Of a stretch of 64,000 nucleotides of DNA, positions 63,706 to 64,000 are shown piece by piece. This DNA comes from a virus. Below the pieces are notes generated by a model. The model did not search any database. It was not told the origin of the DNA and worked only from the letters and a program-made list of their open reading frames with translations. A program made the position numbers and the translations under genes. Within the stretch, counting starts at the first letter, position 1. Every line of letters starts with the position of its first letter. Location of the stretch: positions 23,402-87,401 of the IMG/VR virus record IMGVR_UViG_3300032242_002717, one strand, 5' to 3'.

Positions 63706-63918
63706 TCCAAAACTATGTTTTTCCTAATTTGATTATAGCAAGTAAATCTCCATGAAGTTGTTGAATACTTCTCAAAAAATCTTTGGGGGGGGTGTTACCC
63801 ATATCTAGCTTAACACTGGCGAAACCGCCACGGTTTGCAATTTGCCTATCTTGAAAAAATCGAAAAAGCGAAAAAAGTGTACTTTTGAACAGTAAAAAGT
63901 GTATGTCTGTTCACCAGA

Positions 63919-64000
63919 GGACCGGACGTCCGGAGGACCGTCTAGGACCGGACGTCCGGAGGACCGTCTAGGACCGGACGTCCGGAGGACCGTCTAGGAC
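63919..64000. repeat. 26-bp perfect tandem repeat GGACCGGACGTCCGGAGGACCGTCTA (3 full copies plus a partial one, running off the window)
   Basis: Units at 63919-63944, 63945-63970, 63971-63996; each contains the palindrome CCGGACGTCCGG. Confidence 0.95.

Larger units (their letters stand above)
52223..63792 (-). repeat. ten co-oriented copies of a ~23-bp intergenic motif, + strand (C/T)TCAAAAAATCGTTCAG(6-8)
   Basis: Copies at 52223-52245, 53075-53098, 54322-54345, 55288-55310, 56718-56741, 57094-57117, 57686-57707, 58386-58407, 59168-59191, 63771-63792; all upstream of minus-strand genes. Confidence 0.9.

Noticed and set aside
52223-63792. The C-run/T-run motif as CRISPR repeats, attC sites or intrinsic terminators
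   Set aside because: Spacing is gene-sized and irregular, there are no RYYYAAC/GTTRRRY boxes or long dyad, and no stem precedes the T-run.
63919-64000. CRISPR array
   Set aside because: Units are contiguous with no unique spacers, and no cas genes are present in the window.
1-64000. Genome-wide stop-codon recoding
   Set aside because: Conserved genes are full length in the standard code and end in TAA, TAG and TGA; the 9243 TAA is an isolated case.
1-64000. tRNA/tmRNA genes
   Set aside because: No cloverleaf with T-loop and acceptor stem was found by eye in the intergenic regions; tRNAscan-SE/ARAGORN would be needed to exclude them fully.

Overview
The whole window looks like one temperate, long-tailed dsDNA phage (siphovirus-like Caudoviricetes) in the standard genetic code. 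Several protein signatures suggest a Planctomycetota host (inference). Layout: (1) 1-24.3 kb, + strand morphogenesis genes: portal (5'-truncated), scaffold, SU10/DUF5309-like major capsid, neck and decoration proteins, tail tube, tape measure, tail tip and fibre; (2) 24.3-31.9 kb accessory genes: HAD protein, GT4 glycosyltransferase, sigma-70-like factor, RuvC, pentapeptide-repeat protein, SLOG protein, Gp157; (3) 32-35 kb lysogeny module: tyrosine integrase, candidate attP, two HTH repressors; (4) 35-45.6 kb replication and nucleotide metabolism: Rad52-like annealing protein, Prim-Pol, SF2 helicase, beta clamp, second sigma factor, DNA MTase, HD hydrolase, dNMP kinase, dUTPase; (5) 45.7-49.8 kb putative lysis module built around a papain-like cysteine peptidase; (6) 50-63.8 kb minus-strand region of small early-type genes, plus the terminase small subunit and a terminal 26-bp tandem repeat. 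The most striking unexplained structure is in region 6. Ten co-oriented copies of a ~23-bp motif (coding strand CCCCCC(C)TGAACGATTTTTTGA) sit at gene boundaries and divide the region into 1-2-gene cassette-like units. A serine recombinase and a ribbon-helix-helix gene lie in the middle of the array, and a sigma70-type promoter occurs three times. Other notable signals: a 16-bp palindrome (GTCTCCGCGCGGAGAC) in front of four genes, a lone in-frame TAA between two structural ORFs, an unannotated mini-gene duplicating the tail-fibre N-terminus, and a multi-hairpin intergenic RNA candidate. All product calls come from motif recognition by eye; no database searches were run.
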